A stretch of 64,000 nt of DNA. Source: Convolutriloba macropyga (taxonomy: Eukaryota). Positions 11,599-25,100 of this stretch are shown in pieces. Numbering within the stretch: position 1 is the first letter of the stretch; the number at the start of each line of letters is the position of its first letter. The notes under the pieces were generated by a model, which was given only the letters and a program-made list of their open reading frames with translations, did no database searches and had not been told where the DNA came from. The stretch spans positions 53,568,001-53,632,000 of the forward strand of contig NC_134472.1 in NCBI RefSeq assembly GCF_964194025.1, in the 5' to 3' direction. The position numbers were made by a program, and so were the translations under genes.

Positions 11599-14500
11599 TC
11601 TATATCATAATTTTAAATCGAAAGCCTCACCACCATCTTTAAGCTCCAATCCTCACATATTTTAACGTTCCCTAAACATGCAGCCTAGGGTAATGCATGC
11701 GTTTTGAGACTGGCTATAAAACCAAATTCAGTCTCCTAACTGGCTTATTTTCTGCATGTCGCATAGCAAAAACAAGCAAGCCAAATAACCAATAACAAAA
11801 ATTTGCTCAAAAAAAAGCCGAAAGGCATCAAAAATAGGCATTGGTAGCGTAGAAGATAAGACCAATGATCGACAAGGGAAGGACAGGAGTTCGAGTCTGT
11901 TTTAAGGTGGAAAAAACCGCTTCAGCTTCTGGATCTCAAATTTTAGAAGACGGTTTGCCTTTTTTTCGTTCTTTTTTTCGTTCCTTGTTTTTCATTCTTC
12001 TTATCTTTCTTTTCCTTTTTTCAACCTTTTTCGTCAGTTTTTGACTACTAATCTGACGGTCCTTAAACCTGCAGCCTAATGTAACGCATGCGTTTTGGGA
12101 CACGCTATGTTGCTATATTGAAGCTCCTATTTTGCTCAATTTTTGCACTCATAAAGCATGCCGCATAGCAAAAACAAGTCAATCAAATAGCCACCAAGCA
12201 AACGTTTGCAAATTAGAAAGCAATAGGCATCAATTGGGTAGAGGATAAGACCAATGACTGTTAAGCAAGGGGCGGAGTTTGATTCTAATTAAAGACGGAA
12301 CAAGAAGTATAATTTTCTGAATCACAAATTTCAGATTTTGGTTTTCTAAGTTTTTCTTTTTTAAGTTCTTTTCATTTCGTTCCTTTTTGTTTTCTTTTTT
12401 TCCAATATCTCTGTCAAATTTCTGCTCTTAATCTGCACAAGTTTTGCGCTCATTAAGTTTGCCAAAACAAGCAAGCCAGTAAAGCCAATGACCGAAATAT
12501 TGCTGATTGAGAAAGAGGTAAGGACAAACGCAATACACTTTGATATTGTGAGAGATAAGATCTATGGATATTCAGCGGGGAACATAGGTTTGCTCTCCAG
12601 CTGATTCGAAAAAAGCTCTTGTTTTCTTTTCCTAAAAAAGTGGTAGTTTTTGTTTTTCATCCATTCCTATCTTTATTTCTTGCTTTCTTTTTCTTCTACT
12701 TTTTTAAATTTAAGTTCTATCTTATATTTTTTGCTGGAGATTTTTTTTCTATAATCCTTTAAAAGTATATCGCACTTGAGCGTACTGATTATTTGATTTA
12801 TCTTCACATTATTTTACTGTCCGTAGAGCTACAGCTGATTGTAACGCAGGCGTTTGAGACGCTCTATAATGTCATTTTTAAGCGCCTAATCTGCACATGA
12901 TTTTGCGTTCTTTCAACAGACGGCATACTAAAATTACGCAAGTTAAATAGCTACCTACTAAAATTTGATTATAAGAAAGGATGATAGACGTAAAGGCTAG
13001 TCTATATAATAACTCTAATGCTAAACCAACAAGTTTAAGCTCCAATCCTCACCTTTATTAAAGGTCCCTAAACATGTAGCTTAGTGTAAAACTTGCGTTC
13101 TGAGATGCCGCCTTGTTTAGGTTGCTATTTTTTTGCACTCGTCAAGCATGTCGCATAGCAAAAATAAGCGAGTCAAATAGCCACTACCCAAAATTTTGAT
13201 CAATAGAAAGGTCAATAGGCGCAAGCAAGAGGCATTGTTAGAGTAGAGGATAAGATAAATGACTGTCAAAAGAGGGGCAGGGTTTGAGTCTGTTTGAAGG
13301 CAGAAAAGACTAATATAATCCCCTGGATCACAAACTTAAGACGTTGGTTCACTTTTCTTTCCATTTTTTTGTTCCTTTCATTTTGTTCCTTTGAGTTTTT
13401 CTTTTCTTTCTTTCCAATCATTCCCTATTGTCATATTTTGGTTTCTAATTTGCAGATTTTTGCGTTCATTGAATTTTCCAAAAAAGGCGAGCCATCGAAG
13501 CTGTTTACCAAAAAGGATCTGATTCGTAAAGATCAACAGACCAATGTAATGCGCATCCGTAGCGTAAGCGATAAGATCCATGACTGTTAAGTGAGGGACA
13601 TGAGTTCAAAACCGAGTTGATGCGCAAAGTGGCTCCCGTTTTCTCAACACAAAACACGTAATTTTTGGTCGTCAACTGTCTTTTTTTCTCGTTTTCTGTT
13701 TCTTCATCTTCAATTTTTTTTTAAATTTCTTTGCCAATGTAGTTTTTTTCTATATTCTTTTAAGTTTAAATCGCACATGAGCACACTGTTTACTCGCTGT
13801 ATCTTCACATACTTTAACTGTCCCTAGGCCTACAACCGATTTTAAGGCATGCCCATTAAGACCCCCTGTACAGCAATTTTTAAGCTCCAAATCTCTTTGA
13901 GAAAGCCACGTACAAAAAATACGCGAGCCAAATAGCCACCTACCTGAAATTTGCTTATCAGAAGGGGTAATAGACGTAGCCACCATAAATTGGTAGTGTA
14001 CGGGAAAATGGCAATGGCTGATAAGCGATAGGCAGGGTATTGAGTCCGAGTTGGAGAGAAAAAACAAAAAGTTCCCTGAACGTCAAAATTGGGATGTTAT
14101 TCTTTTTTTTCATTGTTTTCTTCCTTTTATTTCGCTTCCCTTTCCCGTTTTCTTTTATCGCTTTCCTTTTTTTCTCATTTTTCTCAAGTAAAATTTAGGC
14201 TTCCAATCTGCCCATGTTTTGCGCTCATTATTCATGCCGCATAGCTAAAACAGAGGAGCCAATAAACGCACGGTCAAAAAAATGCTGATTTATAAAGAGC
14301 AAATGACAAATGCATTACTCCGATGGCTTCAAGTATAAAATGCAATGGCAGTAAAATAAGCCGCATGGGTTTGAACTTAATTTAATGCCAAGAAACGCTA
14401 TTCTCTTCTTGAACCAAAAATGGGTAACTATTGTCATTGATCAACTGTATTATTTTTTCTCTTTAAATCTTTAAATCTTCCTTATCTTTTTTTGTTTTAT

Positions 14501-15802
14501 TTTTCCTATCCACTGATTCTACTAAGTGTGGGTCGCCCTTGCGCAAAATAGGTTAATGTTCTCCTATTTTAACATGCTTTAACTGCTCTTAGAGCTGCAG
14601 CCGAGCATAACATGCTCTATAATTCCATTTTAAAGCTCGTAATCTGCACTTGTGTTTGTGCTCATTAAACAAGTTGCACAAAAAAGCGAGCCATCAAACG
14701 CGTTGACTAAAGTATTGCAGAAACAGAAGGAGCAATAGTTAAGTGCAATAGGCATCGGTAGCGTAAAGGATGAGAACTATCACTCTTAATCGATGTTCAT
14801 TTGTTCATGCCCGAGTTAGTGTTGAACATTTCTCCTTTTTTATTGAATCATAATCAATAGTAACTTTTTTTTGCAATTACTCCTGTGTTTCTTTCTCCCT
14901 TTCTTCCTGTTTATTTTTCTCTTATATTAATTTTGCAATAATTGTGCTATGTCACTATGATTTATCTGCTACTTTTCGGTTGTTTTGAAGCTTCTGAAAC
15001 TTGCAGCGTAACGTAGTACACGCGTTCTGAGACACTTTATGGCACCATTTAGAAGCGTTTTATCTGAAAGAGTCTTATTGCTCCTTAAACATGCCACACA
15101 GCAAAGCCAAAAATAGGTTGAACAAAAGGTTGCTGCTACATAGGGCAAGAGACGTAATTAGTGGCACGAGCGATGAAAACTATGATTGTTAAGTGAGGGG
15201 CATCAGTTCGCACCCGAGTTCATGTGAAAAATGGCTCTTGGTTTTTTGAACCGAAAAACTGGCGATTATTGTTTTCCATCCACACCTAACTTTCTTTATT
15301 GCTTTCTTTTTCGCCCTCTTCATTTTTTGTCTTTTTCTGCTAAAAAAAATTTCTTTCTATATTCTATTAAATGTGAATCGCACTTGAGTGCACTGGTTAT
15401 CCACTTTAACTTCACAGGCTTTAACTGTCCGTACAACTAAAGCCGATTGTAACGCATACGCTTTGAGACGCGCTATACCACCGTTTTTAAACTCCTAATC
15501 TGCACATGATTTTGCGCTCTTTTGAGCACGCGGCATGCCAAAAACACGCGAGCTAAATAACCACGTACCAGAAATTTGAGAATTAGAAAAGGCAATAGAC
15601 GTAAACACTAGGCTGTCGTGGCGTAAGGGAAACGAGTAACGGTTTTTAAGCGAGAGGCAGGGGTTCGATTCCGAGTTTGGCGAAAAAAGAAAATTAGTTC
15701 CCTGGACTACAAAATTGGGCTATTATTCTTTATTTCCGTTGTTTTTGTTCCTCTTATTTCGCTTCCTTTCGTTTTCTTTTCTTTTTCTTCTTTTTTTTCT
15801 AG
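11599..15802 (+). mobile_element. Helitron-like non-autonomous tandem array with about 10 degenerate tRNA-like cassettes
   Basis: 5' end A|TCTATATCATAA at 11599; 3' end CTAG|T at 15799-15802; internal CTAG|TCTATATAATAA at 13000/13001. Diverged ~320-450-bp units contain TTTAAGCTCC.AATCTGCAC...GCATAGCAAAAACAAGC...AAATAGCCAC, a tRNA-like block and a T-rich tract. No GC hairpin seen before the 3' end. Confidence 0.55.
15611..15676 (+). pseudogene. Best-preserved tRNA-like cassette of the array
   Basis: A-box-like GTGGCGTAAGGG and perfect B box GGTTCGATTCC at 15662-15672. Sister copies carry CTGTTAA (Asn-GTT-like loop) at 12258 and 13584. Confidence 0.55.
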
Positions 15803-17027
15803 TCACTATCGATTATCTCTTACGTATATAAACGACGTGATTATGTTTGAAAACTGCGATGCGGAATAAGTCACGTTTAAAAGCGACAATACCAAAACTT
15901 TTTTATGTTAAATATACCGAACAGAAACGATGATGCCAACGAAACAATTGTAGAAACTTTCGTCGTTTTTTGTTTGGAAAAAAATGACGATACGGACGAT
16001 TTCTTATGTTTAAAAACCGATGATTTCTCTACTAGGGTTGAGGTCAAATTCTGATACATGGATTATAAATCTAGCCAAAGATCACTGTTGTGAATATCAA
16101 CCCATCCTCCAATTTGACACTTACGCTGAAAATAACCCGCATTAATTGAAGCAAAAAAATTCACTGCTCCTTGATATTGGACCAAAAATCGATAATACAA
16201 TAATGTCACAGCAAATATTTTTCATTATGTTTATGATTAACTTGATTACATATTTCAAATTTTCAAAACTAAGTTGGATACTCATTCACTGAGTTAAGAA
16301 TATCTGATTTCCAGATGTTTTGCATATGCATTACAAATTTTATAATCTGCTCATAGACAAGTTTGTGGACAAGGGTCTGATCGTAAACCCCAGAAAAATT
16401 CATCACCGGCATTGGAGTCTTTTCTGATAAGGGAAGGATTTGGTTGATCAAAGTCTTGAGTCAAACAGTTTGATCACAAGTCAAACTCTGGGTTTAAACG
16501 CTAGAGCTGAGCTCCTTATCTGTGTTACATTGTCTGATAACAGGTCAAAGTCCGAAAAATGATCTATTCAGAGATTAAATTCTGTGTCTGGGCAACAGTC
16601 TGACTAGAGGCACGGTCATCTCAACTTTAGTGGCCTGACCATTGACCAAAGTGTGGAAAGCTCTGCCTGGGACCATATTATCGGTAAATTTTCCAAACCT
16701 GTGAAATCTTTGTTGTTTGGAATCTTCCACGAGTCATTGTATCCTCGTTCAAGTTTCCTCTGACTCAGACGGGCATTTAATTTCTCCTGTGTAGGAATCT
16801 GTTCGCTGGGAATTGGAGCTGAGAAGGAAGAGGCTGTTGTCATTCGGGTGCCAGTTGCCCCATCGGGGTAATCTGTCCCTCCCTTTCTACTGGAGCGTGA
16901 CCTTAGGGTTCGTCTTGATGACTTACGGGAAGCTGCAATAGCAGATTTAGTCATTAGAGCAACTTTAAAACTCTGCTCTGTTAAAAAAATCAAACAAAAA
17001 AATCAAATGATAAACGTGACATAACCA

Positions 17028-17888
17028 CCCAGGTTGAGCTCCAGACCCAAATTGGTTTATGATCAGACCCAGTCGAGCGCACACCCGTGTGTTCCCAGAC
17101 CAAAATTACAGGGTCTGGAAGGAAATTCGAGCGCACTACAGTCTGGACGATGGTCTGGAGATAGTCTGATCAGAGGTCGATTTGGTCTGAAAAGTCTGAT
17201 CATAGGCGGATTCGAGCGCACTTGGGTCTGATCATAACCTCTTCGAGCGCACCTTGGTCTGATCAGAAATGTTTTCGAACGCAATTGGGTCTGATCAGGG
17301 ACCATTTCGAGCGCACTATTTTTTTTTCAATTTTTTTTTGGTTTTTTTACTGAGAGATGTTGGCTTTAGCAATACTTTTATAATTGATTTTTCCTTAGAT
17401 GAATTAAATACTGCAAACATCAGTTTTTATGAAAAAAATATATTATATAGATTTTTTCATAAGTAAAATTTTTCTCTGATCAGACTATTTCGAGCGCACT
17501 TGAGTCTGATCAGAACTGGTTTCGAGCTCACTTCAGTCTGATCATAAATGGCAGCAAGCGCAAGTGGGTCTGACCATAAATGCTTCGAGCGCAGCTGCGT
17601 CTGATCATAACCATTTCGAGCGCACTTGAGTCTGATCATAGTCTGATTAAGGTCTCGGCAATGGTCTGAATTTGAGTCTGGACCGTGGTCTGAAGATGGT
17701 CTGATCAGAACACCTTCGGTTTGAAAAGTCTGATCAGAGACCTTTTGTGTCTGGAAAATCTGATCAAAGGTATTTTGGGTCTGGAAAGTCTTATCAGGGT
17801 GAATTTCCGTCTGGAAAGTGTGATCAGAGATAATTTCGGTCTGGAAAGTCTGATCAGACGAAAATTTGGGTCTGGACCTCAACCTGGG
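17028..17888. mobile_element. EnSpm/CMC-like MITE, 861 bp
   Basis: 26-bp TIR CCCAGGTTGAG(C/G)TCCAGACCCAAATT with 1 mismatch. 2-bp TSD CA/CA. Interior is built of TCTGATCAGA and TTCGAGCGCAC sub-repeats. Confidence 0.85.
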
Positions 17889-19262
17889 CAGAATCCCATA
17901 TACATATATCCAGGAATCACTCAGAAAAAGGCAGTGTAATGAGGTTAGTTATCTCAGAAAATTCATCACATAGCTACCGCATATTTCAATAAGAATGCAA
18001 CGGATGTGCTGAATTTTTGGGTAAACATTATAAAGGTTTTAGAAGTGAAATTTTTTTCCCCAGGTTGAAGTGTGCGTTAATGACCGGAATATTAAAAACG
18101 CACTGGTTGTTTAATGCGTTTTTCATTACACTGAAAAATTTTCTAGTTAAAGTCTGCCTAAAGTCTGTTCACTAATGAGTCATTGACTGATAATGGGATC
18201 GTCCACGATCTGATCATGGTCCAGATCACGAAACATTTCACTATCTGACCATAATCCAGCTACGTATTCAAATTTTAATAAGATTAATAAAAAGGATTAT
18301 AATATTTTGATTGCGAGTAAAGAAAAATATATAACTCCTTCTCATACTTCTTTTTAATAAGATTAAAAATGGAAAGAAATAGGTCGTCTGTGGTCGGATA
18401 TCAAAAGTAGAATAATAAATAGGATATTAAAACCCCTCAAAAATGGACAAATTTCTAAAAATTAAGAAATCATTACGCAAAACTCGTAGCATCAAAGTCA
18501 CAAAACAATTAATAAAAGATAAAACCGCTCGAAATATTAAAAATTAATTTACTTGAAATAAGTTGGCACCTTTTATTAACGATACTAAGCTTCAGTTTGA
18601 TAGAAAAAATTAAAAAGTGGCAAAATTCACAATTTCATTGATTAATTTTCAAAACAAAATATTTTGAAGTCATACGGAACGCTAGGTATCAGTTGAAAGC
18701 ATTATTTAGATTCACTAATATCTCCTAAGGAGGCCAAGCGGATTATTGACGAGTCAGACTAATTATTGAGACGTCAAAAAGAGCAACAAAGCAGGAGCAA
18801 CAATATGTAAAAAAAGGAAAATACATTTTGTCGGATCCATGAAAATTGGGATCCATATATAGATTCATAGAATTCTCCATTTGCATGACATCTGTCAATG
18901 AGATCTCTAAAAGCGATCTGTCAATAATTGAACCTTGATATGAAAACAATCTGGTCATTTTTAACACAAGTCAAATTTGAAAAAGAAAAAAAATAACTTC
19001 GCCCAAGTAAAAGGTCGATTAGTTTTGAATGTAATTTCCGCAATGAGACCAAAGCTAGACTTGCAATTGCTGCGCGTCCCTTCAAACAAGTAGTTATTTC
19101 TTTTAATAGCTAAATAGACAATTTGGCTATAAACATTAGGATATGACAAAAATATGTCAAGCATTTGGAAAATTATCGATTTAAATTAGCAAAGAAACGG
19201 TCAAAGTTTATACTCCAGAATAATCTCATGGCCCTCAGCAGTAAAACTGGCACTCTAATTAG

Positions 19263-19318
19263 TTGACAAGGACTTCGCTAGCATTGACAAGGACTTCGCT
19301 GTTGACAAGGACTTCGCT
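19263..19318. repeat. Short tandem repeat TTGACAAGGACTTCGCT x3
   Basis: Three exact 17-bp copies with 4- and 1-bp spacers. Confidence 0.9.
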
Positions 19319-20856
19319 GATCCATATATGCACACTTAGTGTCGTTTTCGGGTGCCGAAAAAGTTGGATCAAACAGTTCTGCGACCCTCTTATGCATTCA
19401 AAGTCAAATTCAGTAACCCTATTGTCAACAATTCTAACATATTTTAGTCCAAGTGGACAAAAATTTGAGGCAAAGTTACAAAAAGTGTGAACACAAACAA
19501 CGGAGTTCAATCAGATTTGCACAAAATTTTAGACCTTGAGATCTCCTTGAAAAAACCTTCATAATGAAAACTTAAGGTATTTTATCAGGAAATAGCTGGT
19601 ATTTTTGAGGTAAGTTCAAGCTTAACTTTAGGTGGTGCCTCCTTAATTTTTCAGGTATCTTCAGGCAAAGATGAGATTCGCTAAGATAATGCAAAACTAT
19701 CAGAAGATTTCAGGTAAGTTACGGTTAATTTTTTCAGGTATACTTATCTGAACTTCACTTAGTTGTTGACATTTTATAATAATTTAGCTTATTTCTGTTT
19801 TCGAAAAAAAATTACCGGCGGCTGTTAACTGTTTTTTATTGTTTTCGGCTCCTTAGGGAGTTGAAAATAAAATTACGTTGGGGAATAAAGGCGAGTGCTT
19901 TCGATACTGACCTGCATCGTTTAACTGTATAGAAAGCAATGTAATCTCTCGCTGCATATCCTCTTTCTCTGTTTCTGAATACGCAGGCTGAGGCTGTTGG
20001 TGCTTCGGGTGACGTCGACTGGTACCCCTCGTGATCCGTGATTTAGCTGTCGTGACCACTTCATCTTCATAGACGTCAAAACTATGCTGTTTGAAATGTG
20101 ATCTGCTTTGAGGTAAAAAACTGTAGTGAACTATATCGATATTCTTTCTTGTGTCTTCTAAATACTGATCTAACTGCTTCTGTTTGTGAAACTCGACATC
20201 ATTTTCGAGGTTTTTTAGAGACGCCCGCAAGCGTTTTTGTTTCTTGCTGTCGTCCATTTATAACTAATGGACGAAACGATCAAGAAATAATTACAATATT
20301 TGTTCGATAATTTATGAAAAAAATGATAGTTTACGTTATAAATTGTCGTTTAATCATATTTATTTATTGTATTTTGTTATAATAAAGAACGTGTTTAAAA
20401 CACGGTTGTGGTTATAACCTCTTTGAGGAGAATTACAAGTTAATTTTTTGCGTATATTGGTTGAAAGTTGGTTTGAAAATCACACGAGAGCTAATCTGAA
20501 TGTGTTCAAGTAGAGTTGCTCTGTTGTATTTGAAGAGATTATTACAAACAGGTGCTGAGGTATAACACACGATAAAATCTTTCTTCAAAATTATATACTA
20601 CTGCTGCTTTCATAGAAACATAATCTACATTGTAGTTTATGTTTTCACAAGATTAACGGCAGTTGCGTCATATATGTTAAATTGGTCGCCACAAGACGTA
20701 AAATATTAATGAACCGAAAGTTGACTGCAACTTGAGTACTTCTCGCAGTTTTAACATTTTGCAGTTACACATCTATGAAGAATGAAGACAAACTTAAAAA
20801 GCTGATTAAACGCAAATTTAAAGTGACTTTAGTTAGCACTTAATGTGACTTTTGTA

Positions 20857-21067
20857 CCCGGGTCGAGGTACCCAGACGGAAGTGACCTCTGATCAGATTC
20901 CAATTGAGCGCATATAGTAAGTTTTCGGACCAAAATTACAGGGTATATGAGAATTGGTTCGAGCGCACAAAAGTCTGGACACTAGTCCGCTCGGGGTCTG
21001 ATCGGAGGCAGCATCTGCCTAAGACAGTCTGATCAGTGATCATTTTGGTAAGGAACCTCAACCTCTG
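20857..21067. mobile_element. Short degenerate MITE related to 17028-17888
   Basis: TA|CCCGGGTCGAGGTACCCAGAC ... ACCTCAACCTCTG|TA, with the same TCTGATCAG and GAGCGCA sub-repeats. Confidence 0.6.
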
Positions 21068-21989
21068 TAAAACTTTAAAATTTATAGATTTATTTCAGAT
21101 TTCTCATTCTTTGTTGCACGCGAAGTTCGACATCAATCAAATTGAATCCTAATTTTTAAACTAGATTAGGAATTTTCAGCGAAGATTCAAAATTCGTATA
21201 TTAATGGGAAACTTTTCAGTTATATAAAATCATTTCTCAGTCCTTATGCAATATTTTTTGATAAAACTGGTGTTAAGATTTTATTAAAATCACTCTCAAA
21301 ACTGAAATTAGTTTTAAGTTTCAACTTTAATACATATTAATTCAACATTTCTCTGCTAGCTTAGATTTTTTGCCATTTTCTGCTTTATTTGCGAGTAATT
21401 TATAAGAACATTTCATTTACGGCAAAAACCAAACATTTCGAATTCTAGCGATCCAGAGTTTAGCTACGGATTCCATAAGGTGTTACACAGCTAGCTGCAA
21501 CACAAAACCGTCTTACTTTATTTACACAGCATAATAATGGTAATCTTTTTTAACTATTGTTTATTATGTCCACATTGAAAATTCGACTTTTGTTTTTACG
21601 AATCCAGGGTTAACACGTTTAGAGGAAAACAAAGTTAACAATTAAACGCAACAGTTTTCTTTTAAAACATACATTTTCTCTAAACAACAAACGGACTGCG
21701 GAAAATAAAGTTTATAAAAATTTAGAAAAAACATATTTTTCTGTGTCAAAATTTAGACAAAAAGCATGAAATCTAATTAAATGGAACCAAAAGCCATCAA
21801 AAAATGATAACTATTTTTCTACCTCCTCAGGGCTTTTGATGCCGCCAAATAAAAATTAAGTGTTGCAATATAGCAAATTATTTAGAATAAATAGCGCACG
21901 AGCCTGGGGCGTAAAGTATATATGTCTGCAGATCGGGGCACTGGAAACAAAATAAAGCCAAGATTTCTCAACAGTTTTTTTCTATCATT

Positions 21990-22135
21990 TGTGTTGAGTC
22001 CCGAGTTGAGAGTTGAAATGAGAGTTGAGTTGAGTGTTGAGTTGATTGTTAAGTTGAGTGATGACTTGAGTGTTTTGTCGAGTGTTGAGTTGCGTATTGA
22101 GTTAAATGTTCATATGAAAGTTGAGTTGAGTATGT
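21990..22135. repeat. Degenerate (GAGTGTTGAGTT)n-like simple repeat
   Basis: Repeated GTTGAG motifs. Confidence 0.8.
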
Positions 22136-25100
22136 AATGCACGAACCCACATCGTGCCATAAATTTCAATCTGGACATACCTGCTTCCGTCGTTGACCTC
22201 AGCCTGTGCAAAGACCTCGTCGTCCTCGACATAAAAGGAAAGAATTGCACTGCTGGGGAAGAATTAGTACTTCCAGGTAAAATTAATTATTTTTTACAAT
22301 TTCTTTGGAAACATTTGGTCTTACCAGTTCTTTGAGATGTTATTAATCTGTGTCGGCAATTATTAAACTGTTTATTTTTTCGAAAAAATGCAAAGAAAAT
22401 GGTAAAACGAAAAATTTTCTTGGACTTCTCCTTTTCAACGTAGAATTTGGAATGGTGATCACAAACTTACCAAACAGAAATGCTGACAAACCGAAAGATA
22501 GGAGCGGGATCAAAACCTTGGAGAAGATTGAGGTTGTTAATTTGATGAAGCAAAAGAACATTAAACTATTAAAAATTTCTTTAATTAATTATTTTGAATT
22601 TTAATTAATTAGGATTACGATAATTCAAACAATTTTATTCAATTACAATCAATTTTTTGTTTCAAAATGGCAAACAAAACGCAATATAGTTACAACATTT
22701 TCGTCAGTTTAAGTTTAATTGATTATAATGATACAAAAAAATAATTTGCATGGATGCGGGTATCCTAACTGATCATAAATAAATAGTAAAGCGGAAATTG
22801 TTAGTGATCAACGGATAAATTTAACGTATTTGATAACATCAGCGTTTTGCATTTTCTGTAGCAGAAATAGCCATCGATTATTCGCTTTGCAGCAAAATCT
22901 CTGGGCTCTGTTTCGATAGTTTTTTTTCTGTTTCGATAGTGTTTCTTTTTCGTTTTTTTTCCTGCACGAGCGGTTTGCATATTCCATGATGCGGCAGCTG
23001 AATGAGACTGATCGTAAAAACCGGTTTGTATTTTAGGCGTCGAATGGTATCATTCGAGACACTAGAAAGGGGGTCTGGTGTTAAAGGTGCTATGCAAGTT
23101 CAGCAAGTTTATTTGGGATGCGAACTCGCATTGCACGAACAATAGTACTCATATGTTGGGACACAAAGCTGCCGTCTTCCCAATTTTTTGCTTCATATTC
23201 TTTTCACTTTTGTTGTTTCTACGGTTTACGCGCTTCAATTTCAACCTGTTTCGGCTCCTCACTCGTTCCAATGCCTCTTGTTCGATAGTGGGTTGAGATG
23301 GTTGTTTTATGTCCAGCTGATTGGCCATATCATTGTTGACAGTTCATTCAGGCATGACAGGGTTCTCAACTCTAGAGGTGGCTGGCAAAAATAATTATTA
23401 CCATCCACCTGATCCGGTGGCAAGAACATAATGGAAGCTATTCAGATTATCGTCGGATATTTTTCCGTCTAAGATCTTGAGGCCAATTTTACTTGAATGA
23501 CATAGTTCTTAAAATAGAAAATGGTGAACAAGATAATTCAGACTGACAATAAGCAGCGCGTAATGGTCTTCGCAAGGAGTATAATAAGTCTTCTTCCCCC
23601 CCCCCCCCTAATACCTTAAAAGAGGACTCCATTAAAGCAGGATTGTTTACATAAAAAAACCAACTGACTTTTATTAAATTAATGATTAATTCAACTCATA
23701 TATATGAAAAGATCAAAAATATAGCGGAAAAACTGCTCCATTTTTTTTAAAACTGTTAGATAAACAAGCAATTCTGGCCTTTACCAACTTTAAAAGAAGT
23801 GGAAAATATTAAATCTTTGAAAATTAGCTAAAGCCTGGTCATGTCAGGTACTTGTATGCATAATTCTGCCTAAGGAATGAGGTAAAAAAACGAGCAGATT
23901 ACTTAAATATGGCCAACGTTGAAATTGGCTGCTGGACAAAAAAAAGTTCTACACAATGCCTTTGCTTTGTTTCCGTCCTGGAGTTCGGAATAATTACCAT
24001 TCTTCTTCCAAAATCTATTTGTATTCGACATTGTATGTCTGACTAAATTTTTTTTCACAGAAATGATATCATGTGCAGAAGGAACCCGTTCACATAATAA
24101 TAGACCTTGCTTATATAATGTACGTATTCGGAATAAAAAAGAGTTCCCACTTTCTCGTTTCCTTTTCAACAACCTCTCTGTTATTTTTTCTAATCTTTTA
24201 ATCCTATAATAAAACTTTTTATAATCTTTGTTTGACAAGACACCAAACGTTCGACACCAAATAATGGTAATAATCGCCAAAATTGAACTCATTTTTCAAA
24301 ATGCCTCTATTAAATTAAACTTCAATATGAAAGATGCAAAGCTCTAATGAGATTTGCTCCCAAAGATGGCTCCCAAAGAATTCATAGTTTCGAAGGTATA
24401 GGTAAGTAAAGCTGGTATGATTAGAAGTAGAAAACGCATCATCAAAGCTGCCTCAATTTTGTAATCAATTACACTCATGTTCTATTGATTTCAGCTTTTT
24501 TTGGTTTCAAAAGTAAGGACCTACCGATTTCGGAAAACAATTGAACGCCATATTTAATCAAAAGCAATGCTTGGTAATTGCCGACATTTGCAGCAGTAAA
24601 CGAAGAACAGTTGTTTAAAAAGCTTCAATACAAAGATTCATGTCGTTTTTCAGAAAAAAAACTATAACCAAAAAGATCATTCCTGTCATCAAAACGCACT
24701 TCTTCTCATTAAAAAAGGAATTGAATTAATAGTTCATTTTCTTTATTGTACCTCGTCAAAAATATTACACAACATTTAATGAGGCATTTAAGTTCAATTA
24801 ATTAAAACTAATTACGCAAAAAAAACAATGGGAACCACATGGGCTTGAAAAATGAAAGCCATACGAATTTTTTTTTCGAAAAAGTTAATCAAACGTTTGT
24901 CATTTGTAAGGAAGCTTGCATTCTTAGTGGGTGAATTCTAGTTGCGATAAAGTGTTTTTCGATTTTCAACCACGTGGAGTACAATTATCTTTTATGGCAT
25001 CTGAATTGCCAATTACATGAATCTCACATATTTAAATGTTCTCTGTGATGGCGATCAAAAACACATGTTTTAACATACAAAATAAACCCTGTAAACGGAA

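Larger units (their letters stand above)
10634..16037. mobile_element. CCC-terminated MITE (EnSpm/CMC-like) interrupted by a 4.2-kb insertion
   Basis: TIRs CCCTAGTTGAGAA (10634) and TTCTCTACTAGGG (ends 16037), 12/13 match. Left subterminal repeats (ACGTAAGAAATCGTCGGTAT, 10660-10910) are inverse to right-type repeats (ATACGGACGATTTCTTATGT), which occur at both 11455-11595 and 15805-16025. Confidence 0.65.

Noticed and set aside
19853-20257. 134-aa charged ORF
   Set aside because: No recognisable domain or gene structure.
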